Shown here: piece after piece, positions 1-12,069 of the stretch
Numbering within the stretch: position 1 is the first letter of the stretch
Layout of the letters: every line of letters begins with the position of its first letter
DNA from: Rhynchobatus australiae
Taxonomy: Eukaryota
Length of the DNA stretch: 64,000 nucleotides
Direction of reading: 5' to 3'
NCBI GenBank assembly: GCA_034780895.1
Contig: JAUZTB010000001.1
Coordinates: 116,699,062-116,763,061 of the forward strand
Translations under genes and position numbers: made by a program
The notes under the pieces: generated by a model
Told to the model about the DNA's origin: nothing
Seen by the model: the letters and a program-made list of their open reading frames with translations, nothing else
Databases searched by the model: none

Positions 1-83
1 AATCAATGCCCGCAGAAACAATCAAAGAACTAAGACGTGCCAATCACGTGTCCTACAAGCCATCGATGTCAACCACGTACGAG
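1..83 (+). CDS. Candidate coding exon (3' part) of an unidentified gene: SMPAETIKELRRANHVSYKPSMSTTYE
   Basis: Open frame from nt 3, six CpGs in 83 bp against a CpG-poor background, ends GAG|gtagtg (phase-0 donor). Protein not recognised. Confidence 0.45.
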
Positions 84-649
84 GTAGTGAAAATTTAACC
101 CTGCTCTGCATTTTTTGTTTTATGGTGCATGCTCCAAGTGGAGTCTCTTTAGCCACCACTAAGTGTTGGTTAGCTTGGGAGATACTTTTGCAGCCAGAAA
201 ATGTGGCAGTGAGTTCTTTTGCTGCATCATATGATATGTAGTTCCTTTNNNNNNNNNNNNNNNNNNNNNNNNNNNNNNNNNNNNNNNNNNNNNNNNNNNN
301 NNNNNNNNNNNNNNNNNNNNNNNNNNNNNNNNNNNNNNNNNNNNNNNNCTTTGAATCTTAAAATAGAACAAATGTGGTACTTACGACTATAGACCTTGTA
401 TCAATGAAAAAATTCAGTTAAATTCTACTGTAGACCTCAAAGGATCTTCCTGATGGACATTTAATTAACAAAAAAATGTTTAATGTTGATTACTCTCCAA
501 AATGATCATTATTCAGGAACTATTTATTCTTGTTCCTTCAAAGTATTCTAATATAAACATATCAAAACGCTCATTTTAGATCTTTATTTTATATAAAAGT
601 CTTTTAGAATTTAATTATTGACCTTCATTTTAGACAATCAATTATTGTA

Positions 650-815
650 ATAAAAACAGAAACTGCTGGAAACACTCAGCAGATCAGACAGCATCTGATG
701 AAGAATCTTCATCAGTTGAAGGGTTTTCAACCTGAAAAGACACTTTATGACTTGCTGAGTATTTCTAGCATTTTCTGTTTTTATTTCAGATTTCCAGCAT
801 CTGCAGTTTCTTTGA
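650..815. mobile_element. Palindromic Penelope-like (PLE)-derived short repeat
   Basis: ataaaaacagaaactgctggaaacactcagcagatca (~650-686) is an imperfect inverted repeat of tgacttgctgagtatttctagcattttctgtttttat (~748-784); decayed gaagggttttcaacctgaaa core between the arms. Confidence 0.65.
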
Positions 816-939
816 TTTTCGATCAATTCTTGTGAATTGAACAAGTGACAGATACTTGCTCAAGTATCAGCTCCTCCACCATTTAAATAGTTCTAATTTT
901 TCAAAAGGTATGTGGAAATAAGTTTGATCAAAACGTTAA

Positions 940-1145
940 TACCTCAGAAGCTCATGGGATCAAATCCTATTCTCAAGAGTTGTAGCTTGGACTGATGGAG
1001 AGCTGCCCTCCAGGAGGTGTTAACTATTAGATGCCTTCTCATGGGATGCAAAAGATTGACTATTTTGAAGAAGAACAAAGAAGTTCATTTCAGTGTTCCG
1101 GACAGCATTAATTCCTAAATCAAGCATTGAAATAGATTATTGGTG
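940..1145 (+). mobile_element. Decayed Deu-domain SINE (SacSINE1/AmnSINE1-like)
   Basis: ctattttgaagaagaacaaagaagttc...agattattgg resembles the Deu central domain (ctatttcgaagaagagcaggggagttct...cagattatctgg), preceded by a SINE-head-like segment. Confidence 0.55.
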
Positions 1146-1384
1146 CTTGACCTGGATTTTGGCCTAGTGAAAGTATAGCAATTGTAGCTGACTTTTTAAA
1201 AAATGTCTATAAAGACTTTCTCTCTCTCTATTGCTCTCTTGCTTTTACTGCAATGAAGAGAGGAATATGCCTCTCTTTCTTGCAATGTGGGCTTGCTACT
1301 TTCAACACCACGTGGTCTTGACATAGGAAGACCTTATGCAAGGAGGTGCAAGATAATTGCAGAACAGGCTCTGTTGCATAGATT

Positions 1385-1475
1385 TAACACATACACATAG
1401 ATGTAGACATACACACAAATACTTACACTCCAACTACAAACGAACAGACAAAAACAAACACACACACATAGTTTA
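1385..1475. repeat. Degenerate CA-rich microsatellite
   Basis: acacatacacatag...caaacacacacacatag. Confidence 0.6.
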
Positions 1476-2089
1476 CACCTATTCAACTCATCTTAGACTC
1501 ATTCTACCACATGAAGCCTATTTTATCCCCTTTAAATCAATTCTGCCCAATTTAGACCTATTCTACCTACTTAAAGTGCAGGCCTAGGATTCATGCTCCA
1601 GTCTACAATTAGTTGTCTCTGGACTGTTTATCCCAAAATGACCTTGGACCCGATGCCATTTATTGGAGACCATTGGTGTTCAGCTACAGAAAGAAGCAGG
1701 TCAGGCAACACTCTTGGACAAAGAAACCAAGCAATACTTTGGCTCAACCCAAAATATTAACTCTGTTTCTCACTCCACAGATATTGTTGGATCTGATGAG
1801 TTTCCATCATTTCCTTTTTTAATTTCTTATTTTTACAATCTGCTGGTTTTTCTTTTGCAAGGCATGAAACAGGATGAATATCACACATGAATATAACTAA
1901 TTGAATAAAATGAAATTTGATAGAGATAGCAGGGCAGATAACATGATCCAGCTGCAAAATCTAGGAGTATGTAGAAACCATTGAGAACACCAGTAGTGAT
2001 ATCCCTATTAAGGGTTTATATCTTGAAGAGCTTCAGCTCAGAGTTGTTGTGCTGAAGTCTGAACTGCAAATGTTATGACATATGGAAGG

Positions 2090-4085
2090 GGAGAGTAATG
2101 TAACTAAAGACAAAGTACAGGAGAAATTAAGGAGGTTAAACCCCAACAAATCCTCTAGAATTAATAGCCTACCTTCTGGGTTTCAGAAGAGGTGACTGCA
2201 GAGAAAGTAGATTCAGTAGTGGTCCTCCAAAAGTTCCCAGAGTCCAGAACAGCCTCAGGAGATTGAAGGTTGTAGATTGCTACTCAAGAAACGATGAAGA
2301 GTAGCATAAAAACCCCATAAACCAAGTTAACAGAACATCTGTTGTCAGCAGAATTCCAAGATTCGTCATTAAGGAAATGATAACAGGGTACTTGAAAGCC
2401 ATCTTGGTTAAGATTTGTTTTCAGTGTGGAATGGAGTGAGAGGTCAAACATACTGGTATCTGATCTTTGACATATTCTGTGCTGGAGAAGTCACGAAAAT
2501 GCTGACCCATACAAAGCATCTGGCAAGCAATTTTTTTTCCCAGCCACTGGCAAAAGTTAAATACAATCTGGGCCAATATTATGAGGCAGAGTTAGTATGA
2601 TCTTTTACAGGGAAAAGCCATTTTGACAAATCTTACAGGTTTGTTTAGATTTAACTAGCTCTGTATTTTAGGGGGAGTCAGTGGTGTGGTATATGTATGG
2701 ATTTTCAAAAGGCATTTGATGCAGCTACATAACATAATGGATTCAGGGACTTAGTTTATTATAGCATGGTTAGAGGACTGGTTAAGAGACAGGAAGTGGC
2801 GACTTGGGTTGTTATCAGTTTGGCAGGCAGTTACTGTGAGCTGCCACAAGGATTAGTATTGGCCCTGAGCAATTCACATTATATGTTAATGACCTAACTG
2901 AAAGGGGAGTGCAACATATGCAAATTTGATGAGGATACAATGTTCAGCAGGGACATTTGCCATGAGGAGGACACAAAGAGTCTGCAAAGGGATAAGGACA
3001 AGTTTAGCAATTGGGTAAGGAGGTTTCAGGGGCAGTGTAATGTTGAGAAACGTGATGTGGTGCACTTTGGTAGGAAGAATAGAAAAGCAGAATCTGTCTT
3101 TAAATGGTAGAAACTGGTAAATGTTGCTTTATGGGGAGATTTTGGTCTGCAGGTCTGTGAGATGCAGAAGATAATATAAAAGTAAATAATTGGGAAGGCA
3201 AATTGTGTGTTGTCTTTTATTGTAGGAGGTTAAAATGGAAGAAAAGATATCTTTATTAGTCACATGTACATCAAAACACACAGTGAAATGCATCTTGTGT
3301 AGAGTGTTCTGGGGGCAGCCTGCAAGTGTCGCCGTGCTTTCGGCGCCAATATAGCTTGCCCACAACTTCCTAACCCGTACGCCTTTGGAATGTGGGAGGA
3401 TACTGGAGCACCCAGAGGAAACCCACGCAGTCACGGGGAGAACATACAAACTCCTTACAGACAGCAGCTGGGATTGAACTTGGTCACTGGCACTGTAATA
3501 GCGTTGCGCTAACTGATACACTGCTGTGCCTAGGAAAATCTTGCTGAGATGGCACGGAACTTTGGTGAAACCTTATCTAGAGTACCTTATACAGTTTGTG
3601 TTTCCTAATGTAAAGAAGGATAAACTCATCTAGGAAACAATGAAGAGTACATTCATTTGATTGATTCTAGGGATAGAAGGATTGCCCTATGGAGAGGCAA
3701 TAAGAATGATTGATACTAGAATTTTCAAGAACGAGAGGTAATCATATTGAGACATACAATATTCCGTGAGAAATCAGTAATGTACACCCCACTTGGTGTT
3801 TCCTTTGGCATGGTCTTCTGAGGTGGACAACACGTCCCTCAATATTGGATGTGCCCAAGAATTTAGTCACTCAGGATATAGGGACTGAGATAAAATTATG
3901 TTGTCTTTCTTGACCTCTGAAGGCTGTGGATGCTCAGTCATTAACAGTATTCAAGGCTAAGATTGAAATACTTCTAGATCCTCAGGGAGTCAAAGGATGT
4001 GGGGATCCCATGGCAAAGTGGGCGAGGCAGAGGATCAGCCGTGGTCCTGCTGAATGGTGGAACAGGCGCAAACTCCTCATGGCCT
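2090..4085 (+). mobile_element. Decayed CR1-clade LINE (ORF2 RT region to 3' end), interrupted by a SINE
   Basis: Remnant motifs EKLRRLNPNKS (~2120), DFQKAFD (~2700), KFDEDT for KFADDT (~2925), then CR1-type 3' end (aggctgtggatgctcagtca...ttcaaggctaagattg); many stops and frameshifts. Confidence 0.8.
3241..3530 (-). mobile_element. V-domain SINE (HE1/V-SINE type) inserted in the CR1
   Basis: Minus strand carries the V domain ggagtttgtatgttctccccgtgactgcgtgggtttcctctgggtgctccag...cctcccacattccaaag with a tRNA-like head and a LINE-like tail (gtgactaataaag). Confidence 0.85.
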
Positions 4086-4464
4086 TTTGTTCCTTCTATT
4101 TATTGTGTTTTGTTGTTTGGATACCAGATGTTGCCATCAGATTTACATAATTCAGATGTACAACAAAAGTNNNNNNNNNNNNNNNNNNNNNNNNNNNNNN
4201 NNNNNNNNNNNNNNNNNNNNNNNNNNNNNNNNNNNNNNNNNNNNNNNNNNNNNNNNNNNNNNNNNNNNNNAAGTTTTTCTATCATTATAACTATGGGGCA
4301 TAATCACATACTGGCTGCCATATTTCAAATATCATAAATTATAGGAAAGCAGCTAATTCTGAGCTTCCATCTATATGGATTACTAGTGTGCTATCAAATT
4401 ACAACCAGATATTCAGCCATTACCATTATCATTTGGCCTTCAGTGTCAAATAAGGCAGTGGAAT

Positions 4465-4590
4465 ATATAGAACATAGATCACCACAGCACAGCACAAGCC
4501 CTTTGGCCCACAATGTTATGCCGATATTTTATCCTGCTCTAAGATCTATCTAACCCTTCCCTCCTGTATAGCCCCCTATTTTTCCCTAAT
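4465..4590 (-). mobile_element. CR1 3'-end fragment
   Basis: atagaacatag...acagcacaagccctttggcccacaatgtt; very similar to the copy at 37114-37265. Confidence 0.75.
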
Positions 4591-5187
4591 TTCAGTTTTA
4601 GCTGTGAATGGATTATATCTATTTTTTGATCATCTGAATACCTCCTGACTGTACAATTGTTCCTGGCCCTGCATTTTCATTGTTAATTTTTGCTAAAAGT
4701 TTACATCCACATCAGCATTGCTTTGGCCTCAGTGCTAGGGCTGCTTCCATGGATTATTCGTTGCCGTGTTTTCTTATGCGAATTCCACTAATGGATGCTT
4801 TCTGAGCAGCTTCTAGCAATACAAATGGCTTGCGCGTTGACTTCCACAAAATCTGAGCAGAAGTAAAAGATGCAAAGTATTGCATTGTTCCGATGGTATT
4901 GTGTGAGCACCATCCTCAATATTTCTGGGTTCTCATGTTCAAGGGAGTGGAACACTGTTAATAAATAATCTGAAAGAACATTATGTCTAGCTAATGTGGA
5001 AGTTATCAATACCAATTATAACTGAAGTGAAATCTATCTGCAATCCTATGCATAGCTGCAACATAATCTTCCTCCACAGAACATTGATTGAATTTATGAA
5101 TAGGAACAAGACGTTCTCTTGAAGAGATAAAACTTTTCTTCTCTTTACATTCTAAAAGATTCCCTTTTCCTCGAACAACATTAACAG

Positions 5188-5237
5188 GCTGCAAGCCATT
5201 CTCCAGATGATAGGTGCACATTTGTGGAACAGATGAG
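5188..5237 (+). CDS. Candidate 50-nt exon AASHSPDDRCTFVEQM(R); an alternative acceptor at 5159 gives IPFSSNNINRLQAILQMIGAHLWNR*
   Basis: Pyrimidine tract ~5133-5170, aacag| acceptor, GAG|gtaaat donor; phase-compatible with exon 1-83. No homology recognised. Confidence 0.3.
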
Positions 5238-6029
5238 GTAAATCAGAGGTCTTGTGCTGTATGTCAGTGGTTTGCACTGGTTATTTTCTTTACAAAGATT
5301 TCTTTGTAACAGCTTTTAACTGCTGTTACTTNNNNNNNNNNNNNNNNNNNNTGGCAAACAGTAGAAAAAGAGAATTAAAAGTACATTTTGGTTTGACATT
5401 TACCTTCATGAATAATTCAGAAATGAAAATCACACAAAGGCAACAGTCAAGAGGGAGAGTAAAACATTAAGACAAAGATTAATAGTTGCATTGGCATAAG
5501 TATTGTTTATAATCTTGTGCCAAGATAAAGTTTCTAAACTCAAATTAATGTATGACCTAAAGATTTGAATGGCTAACTTTCAATTTATATTCAAAACTTA
5601 ATATCAATAATCCATTTACATTTTCACTGTTAATTGTGAGTCTCCTAATCAACCAATTTACATTCTAGCTGCTCAGATTATATTTAACATGTATTCAGAC
5701 TAGGATAGGCCTACGGGAATAGTCCCTGTGAAAAAGGGCTGATATACCGTATATTCCTAATGCTTAAATGTAGACCCATTGAACAGTATCTGTCAAAACT
5801 TAAATACCATGAGGAGGAATTAATGATATAACAGTAAGGCACAGCTATAGCAAAGGCAAACTAATTGATAGTTGATGAGAGAATGGCAAGATTTAGACAT
5901 TTTACTTCGTTACCAGTAGGGAAGTCACTCTCAGTAAGTCAGAATTAACTTGATGTTTAAACTTCTGAGTACAGAAAACAGATAGTATTGACAAGAACGT
6001 TTTCCAATGTATTGAGCTTTATAAATGAA

Positions 6030-6145
6030 AGATTCTGCAGATGTGGGAAATCTAAAATAAAAACAGAAAATGCAACAGGTCAGGCAACATCTGTGGAAAG
6101 ATATACAGTCAATGTTTCAGGTTCAGGACCCTTCATTAGAATTGA
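6030..6145 (-). mobile_element. PLE-derived fragment with decayed hammerhead core
   Basis: Minus strand ttctaatgaagggtcctgaacctgaaacattgac followed by ccacagatgttgcctgacctg...ttttctgtttttattttagattt. Confidence 0.65.
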
Positions 6146-6475
6146 GCATTGTGGTTGCTGTTCTCTTTAATATTGGGATGGAGTAGCTAGTCTTCAAGGT
6201 ATAGGTCTACATGAAGGCTGGTTGATGATATATTCACCAAGGATTGAGAGCTAGGGTTTTGACACTGGAGAGAGGCAATCCTGGTGTGCCGTAGATCTAC
6301 CTCATAAATCTTAAGACTCAAAAGGCATTACTACTTTTCTGGTCTTTGGGAAAAGAGGTAGAGTATTATACAGTGGTGATCTGGAGACAATGCGCAATCA
6401 AAGATGGGTTGAACCTGTCCAAAATGCCTAATTTTCCTGGATTTTTTATCATCCTTACTTCTTCTCCTTCAACAG

Positions 6476-6600
6476 ATAGAAATTTGGTTTTCTGAGCACT
6501 AAAGTTAAGGCAGCATTATCTCATGTCCCATTCGCTGTCTCCACCTGAAGTGATTACATCATTATTTATCCATCAAATAAAGTATTAACTAATGAAAATC
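6476..6600 (+). other. Candidate terminal exon (stop codon, short 3' UTR, polyA signal)
   Basis: Strong pyrimidine tract and aacag| at 6475; a phase-2 join from 5237 gives AGA TAG (stop 6477-6479); AATAAA at 6576-6581. Confidence 0.25.
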
Positions 6601-7345
6601 GTGCATATCACGTGTACCAGGCTGTTACTCACAACAGGAAATAGTATGGTAGGAATTCTTCCCTGAGGGATGTGCGCAACACTTATGTATTTATATCTTA
6701 AAAGGTAGCTCAATATCTGATTTTGCAGCAGGCCACAGAAAGTCAGATTGTCAATGAACCTGGCCTGCTATCGAAGCACTAAGTGCTATTGTTCAATTTC
6801 CTGCTGAGGATTGGGAGAATTTCTTCATGTTTTGGACCTTGACAATGCAAGCACGATGTCAACATATTTCTCCTGAAATCAAAAGCAACTAGATTCCAGA
6901 GCACTTCAGCTTTCCAACAATCATTTTTACAGAGCCAATTTTCATCACTGGTGCCGTGAAACTGAGTATGGGTATGCTAGATGAGCAATACTGTAGACGG
7001 AAATCAATTACACCTGATATCTGTCCACATTCACACTAGCTGGTTGAGGTGTCTGGTGCTTGCTTCAGTCCAAAGCAAGTGGAGGGGATTCTTTTTTTTG
7101 CCTATTACAGTGGGGAAAAAGAAAATGCAGATTCAACTCCCCTGTATCTGAGATAACAAATTGGCTGCAAGTAAATATGGAAATTAATTGAAAGGATTGC
7201 ATATCTTAATGCAGTGTTAATAAGTCACAACAGGAAATAGTGTGGCAGGAATTCTTCCCTGAGAAGCCTGTGTACATATGTTATTATACCTTAAAAGGAA
7301 GCTAAATATCTGAGTCTGCAGCAGGCCACAGAATGTCAATGTAAC
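6590..7345 (+). repeat. Diverged direct repeat, two ~115-150 bp copies 596 bp apart
   Basis: tcacaacaggaaatagt(a/g)tgg(t/c)aggaattcttccctgag...cttaaaagg...atatctga...tgcagcaggccacagaa at 6629-6740 and 7225-7333. Confidence 0.85.
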
Positions 7346-9694
7346 CCATTTCTATACTGTAGATTGTGTCAACCATTTTCTAACCAGTGCACCGTATCAG
7401 CCTATTCCAGCTTTCATTCATCTCTGACTGAAGTGCTTTCCTGCTGCTCTATATCAGAGGGACAGTACCAATTCACTGAATAGTCTTACTTAAATAATCA
7501 AAGGAAACTTTACAACAAACTGTAAAGATATGAAGTGCCACGTGGTGGTTATACACACTACTGCATCTACATCAACTTACAAGGTTCAATCATTTACAAC
7601 TGTTGCAAGTTACAATTACAGAAGAAACAAAATTTTATAAAGTGGCTTCTCTGCATTAAAATTCTATGCATTTCAAATGAATTGTCAACCTTTAATGCAT
7701 AATACATTTTGAAGTAGTTGACATGACCACTTATAAAATCAAAGGCAGTCCTGTGNNNNNNNNNNNNNNNNNNNNNNNNNNNNNNNNNNNNNNNNNNNNN
7801 NNNNNNNNNNNNNNNNNNNNNNNNNNNNNNNNNNNNNNNNNNNNNNNNNNNNNNNTGTAGAATTTTCTGTTTGTAGTATTGGAATAAATATTCTGAACAT
7901 TATTCAACTTACATTGTTGTAAAGAAAAGGCTCTTGACCTTTTATATCACATATTTTCCCTTGACAATTTGCAAGCAGTACTTTCATTTAAAAATTATCC
8001 TTATCATGTTTCTCTCCATTCCTGAATACATCTGAAATGCTCAGATTTATAACTATTGGAATGAGTAGACCATTCAGCCTCATCATCCAGTTATTCCATT
8101 TAACTGCCATCACTGCATGTTTCTTGATATCATCACTGGACAAAAATCTGTTGTGGAATATTCTGGAGTGTGGTAATTATCTGCTTGCATGGATCTAATT
8201 GTGTAGAATCTATTTCAATATTTTCTTCTCTCTACTGTTGTGGAAGTGTCCATGCTCCTCATTGGCTGAAGGTAGTATGTAGCTGAGTAAGTTGATAAAC
8301 AGTGTCAAAATCCAACTTACAGCTGTTAGCATTATGAAAATCAGAAATGTAAATAGTCAGACATTACAATTAAACATGAGATTCACAAAATTATTTCTGA
8401 GGCTTGGCCTTATTGCAGAAAGTTGAGCATTTCATAAAACTGCCCGTTATCAGAGTATGTACATAAATTATAAATTGATAGTGATCACCAGCCATTGAAC
8501 ATTTCACTGAAGTTACAGCAAATCCCACAGAAGGAAAAAACCTTCCTACAAATCCCCTTGCCTACTAGATTCCCATTCTTTTCAGTTCACAGAAAATGCA
8601 TTCTGTATGTCAGTGGAACCAGCACAGATTTACTCAAACAGGATGTGAAGCTCTGAGTCTGCTGACAGTACTTTCAGATAACCAGTTCCTACTGACCACA
8701 TAGCTTGGAATGCAGCTTGTTTACTGCTGACTAATACTGCAAATGAATTTGCATGTTAAGGTTAAGAACTTAAGCTTAATGAAATTTTGAAATGAAATTC
8801 CTTCTTTCCGTTCTTCACATTCAGTAGAAACTGCCTTCTGTGCAATAACAGAACCCATTAAGATTTATATTCAAACTCTGTTTTTATTGCATGGGATTCT
8901 TAAGCAATTTTTGGGGCTTTCCTGCCATATAGTGGGAAATAGACAAGGACCCAAACTATTTGATCTTTAGAACTATGTTTTACTTGCAGGTGCAGGAGGA
9001 GCTGGTGGTTCCCTCCAGGACTCCCATAACGTTAAGTCTCTCCTACCTTTGTGTCATTCTTTTCCCTGATGGATAAGCAAGCAATTGACATTCAAGGATC
9101 CAGGAATCCACCTGGGCCTTTTTTCTGGTGTCAAAGCATCTTTGCCTATCTCCCCAAAATTGGGTTGAAAATCCCTAAAGAGTTAACAAAATTTGACCGC
9201 ACTGTTTTAAAAAAATCACACTGCTTAGCTTCCTCATGTATTTCCAGAATTACTGGGNNNNNNNNNNNNNNNNNNNNNNNNNNNNNNNNNNNNNNNNNNN
9301 NNNNNNNNNNNNNNNNNNNNNNNNNNNNNNNNNNNNNNNNNNNNNNNNNNNNNNNNNTGGGAATTATTGAAAAGCTCCTGTGAAATTTCTTAGCCATAGG
9401 GTCAGAGAGAGAGAGAGACATCACGGAAACAGGGCCTTTGGCCCACCCAGTCTGCAGTATCAGTCACCCATTTATACTGATCCTAAAATAATACCATTTT
9501 TTAAAGTGTTTTTTTGCAGTAACTGGCATTTAGATAGACAGGTGAGAGTACACCAACCCATAAAGGCACAAATACACAAAACCACCAGTGCTCTTCCACC
9601 TCTGGAGAGTGCTGTTCCCTTCACCCTAGGTGCCCTCAGCTTTACTTGCAGGAGCCTCAAGAGCCTCATAGGAGGGAAGATTAGCTGCAGAGGC

Positions 9695-10210
9695 TATAGA
9701 GTAGAGAACAGTACAGCACAGGAACAGGCCTGTTAGCCCACCCTGTCTGCACTGACCATGATGCCAATCTAAACTAAACCCATCTGCTTGCACGTATTCT
9801 GTATCCATCTATTCTCTGCCTGTTCATGTGTCCATCTAAACGCCTCTCAGATGTTTCTATTATATCTGCTTCTACCACTTCCCCTGGAAGTGCATTCCAG
9901 GCATCTACCACTCTGCATAAAAATCTTGCCTCATAAATCTCCTTTAAAGTTTCCCTCCTCTCACCTTGAAGCAATGGCTTCTGGTATTTGATATTTCCAC
10001 CCTGGGAAAAGACACTGACTATATTACCATATCTATGCCTCTCATAACTTTATACACTTCTATCAGGTCACCTCTCAGCCTCTGATGCTCCAAAGAAAAC
10101 AAGTTTGTCCAACCTCTCCTTATAGCTCATACTCTGTAATCCAGGCAACATCCTAATGAACCTCTTCTGCACAGTTTCCAAAGCCTCCACATCCTTCCTA
10201 TAGTGTGCCA
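9695..10210 (-). mobile_element. CR1 LINE 3' region
   Basis: Minus ORF RVVDAWNALPGEVVEAD...RRLDGHM is the typical CR1 ORF2 C-terminus; tail acagtacagcacaggaacaggcc. Confidence 0.85.
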
Positions 10211-10489
10211 CAATGTTTTCCAATGTTATATTTCAAAAAGAAGCAAGAGTTTGTTATTTTGCACCCTGCCCATCTCCTACTCTCCAGGAATTAAATTTAG
10301 TACTTACCTACATTTGCCAAGAGAATTTCTTGGTGCTTTTAACATGCAGTAACTTGTGATCTTATATAAACATGAAGAAATCTTTACAGTTTACCGATTT
10401 AGTACAGGGCAGAAAATTTCCCTTTTAAATTTGAGACAACCCTTCTAGTACAGAGCTACTGGTGACCTGGGTCTTGGCCAGGGCAGATT

Positions 10490-10910
10490 GATAACAACAA
10501 TCTGCATTTATTTAACATCTTCAACATAGTAAAATACCCTGAGGCATTTCTCAGGAGGTAATCGGGTCCAAATTAGTGCCAAGCAAAAGAACAAGATTTA
10601 AAGCCTGGTCAGAAAGGTAGATTTTAAGGGCTTAAAGGAGATAGTAGAAATATTTAGGGGAGAGAATGCCAGATTGTGAAGCTTAGATGTTTAAAAGGTA
10701 TGTCCACTTATTCAGGAAGAAGGGAGATAGGGATACACAAGGGGTCAGAGCTGGTAGGAACAATGAAGCCCTCTGGAACTTGGTGTTGTCCTGCAAGATC
10801 TGGCGATGAATTGCTGAAACTGTCTGTCATTTATGTTTAAGACTATGTCATTGGATTTAAGTAAGTGAAGATGGAGGACAGACAAGGGATTGACCAGGAT
10901 AGTATACAGC
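10490..10910 (-). mobile_element. Decayed L2-type LINE 3' end
   Basis: caacaatctgcatttattt...catagtaaaataccctgaggcattt resembles the antisense L2 3' terminus; similar copies at 39655 and 58268. Confidence 0.55.
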
Positions 10911-10917
10911 AAGGGCA

Positions 10918-11150
10918 TCAAAGAAAGAAAGACTTGCATTAATAAGGTGTTTTTTTTCCAGCCTCAGGAGCCTTTCAGCCAGCGAAGTACTATTGTAACA
11001 ATAAGGACTGGATACTCTGTTTCCAAAATATTGATTGAGGGGTAAGTATTGGCCAGAATCCTGCAGATAACTTACCCACTCTTCTTCAAAATAGTGCCAT
11101 CAATTATTTTATACTCATCTATGAAAGCCAGTCAGACCTCGGTTTAAAGT
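10918..11150 (-). mobile_element. Deu-domain SINE
   Basis: aagaaagaaagacttgcatt tail; tgattgaggggtaagtattggccag...ctcttcttcaaaatagtgccat is the antisense Deu domain. Confidence 0.7.
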
Positions 11151-11375
11151 TTGAAACAAAACATGGATAGCTTACTTGAAGGTGAGGGAGTGATTGAGCA
11201 GATCAATAACTAAAGCAGAAGACGATGTTTGTGGTGAGTGTGAACCAGGCCACAGCTGTATGCTGCACATATAATTCACGCCTGTTGAAATTCTGATTTG
11301 AAAGCGCAAGTTGGGGTCCAATTGCTGATTACCATAAACTTGCATGGAGGTGCAATTTGGGTCTGTTTCCCTAAA

Positions 11376-11464
11376 CCATCGCCAGATGGCACTCCAAAAA
11401 AATCCCAACAGTCAAATTGCTGAAGGTCCTGCATGGGACTATATCACCCCAGCAGATGGCACTA
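11376..11464 (+). promoter_or_regulatory. Two same-orientation CTCF-like motifs
   Basis: tcGCCAGATGGCACt (11379-11393) and CCAGCAGATGGCACTA (11449-11464) match the CTCF core CCA(C/G)CAG(A/G)(G/T)GGC(A/G)C. Confidence 0.5.
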
Positions 11465-11913
11465 TAGACTGTCTGCTGCTGCATTCCCAAACCACGTCAA
11501 GTGCAATCCCTGTTTTGTTTTTTAATTAACATTTTTGCCCTTATTAACTTAAAATGACAAGTTTTCTATCCTTTCAATCTGATAGCATAGTAGTTCCTGA
11601 CCCCAATTTTGTCACCCTTTGGGGGAGCACCAAAGATCTAATAACATTGGGTAATTGAATACGAAAATTCACAAAAAAAGTAAAAATAAATGAAAATATT
11701 CTTAGTACACTGAATGCCACAGCTGTAGTGCTGCGAGCCATACTCAGGACGGTCCCAGCTCCTCAGAAGGAAGAATCTGTGACATGTTAAGTTTATGGCC
11801 GCTTGGGGGAATGTTTATGAGGTTTAACAAGGTTGCGCTGACATTTATTCCAAGAAATGGCGATTGTAGATGGAGGTGCAGCAGTCCAGGGCTCCAGTTA
11901 ATTAATCGAAGTA

Positions 11914-12010
11914 TTGTCCTGATGCAGGGTCTTGACCTAACACATTGACAATTCCTCTCCTCCCATAGATGTTGCTCGACCTGCTGAGCTCCTCCAGCAG
12001 TTTGTTTTAT
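11914..12010 (+). mobile_element. PLE-derived fragment with hammerhead-like core (CUGAUGCA variant)
   Basis: gtcctgatgcagggtcttgacctaacacattgac...atagatgttgctcgacctgctgagctcctccagcag. Confidence 0.7.
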
Positions 12011-12069
12011 TGGAATGTAAAGCTTGATGAGGAACCATCACTATGGATAATATTTGGTACTATTTTGGC

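Noticed and set aside
4750-4855. CpG-containing minus-strand frame ILWKSTRKPFVLLEAAQKASISGIRIRKHGNE*
   Set aside because: Single short frame with no partner exons or recognisable homology.
8970-9180. Minus-strand frame DFQPNFGEIGKD...HQGKE-TGA-HKGRRDL...PAPASKT as a possible selenoprotein or readthrough ORF
   Set aside because: No Sec-type context, no SECIS seen, no recognisable homology; the + strand acceptor at ~8989 lacks a good donor.
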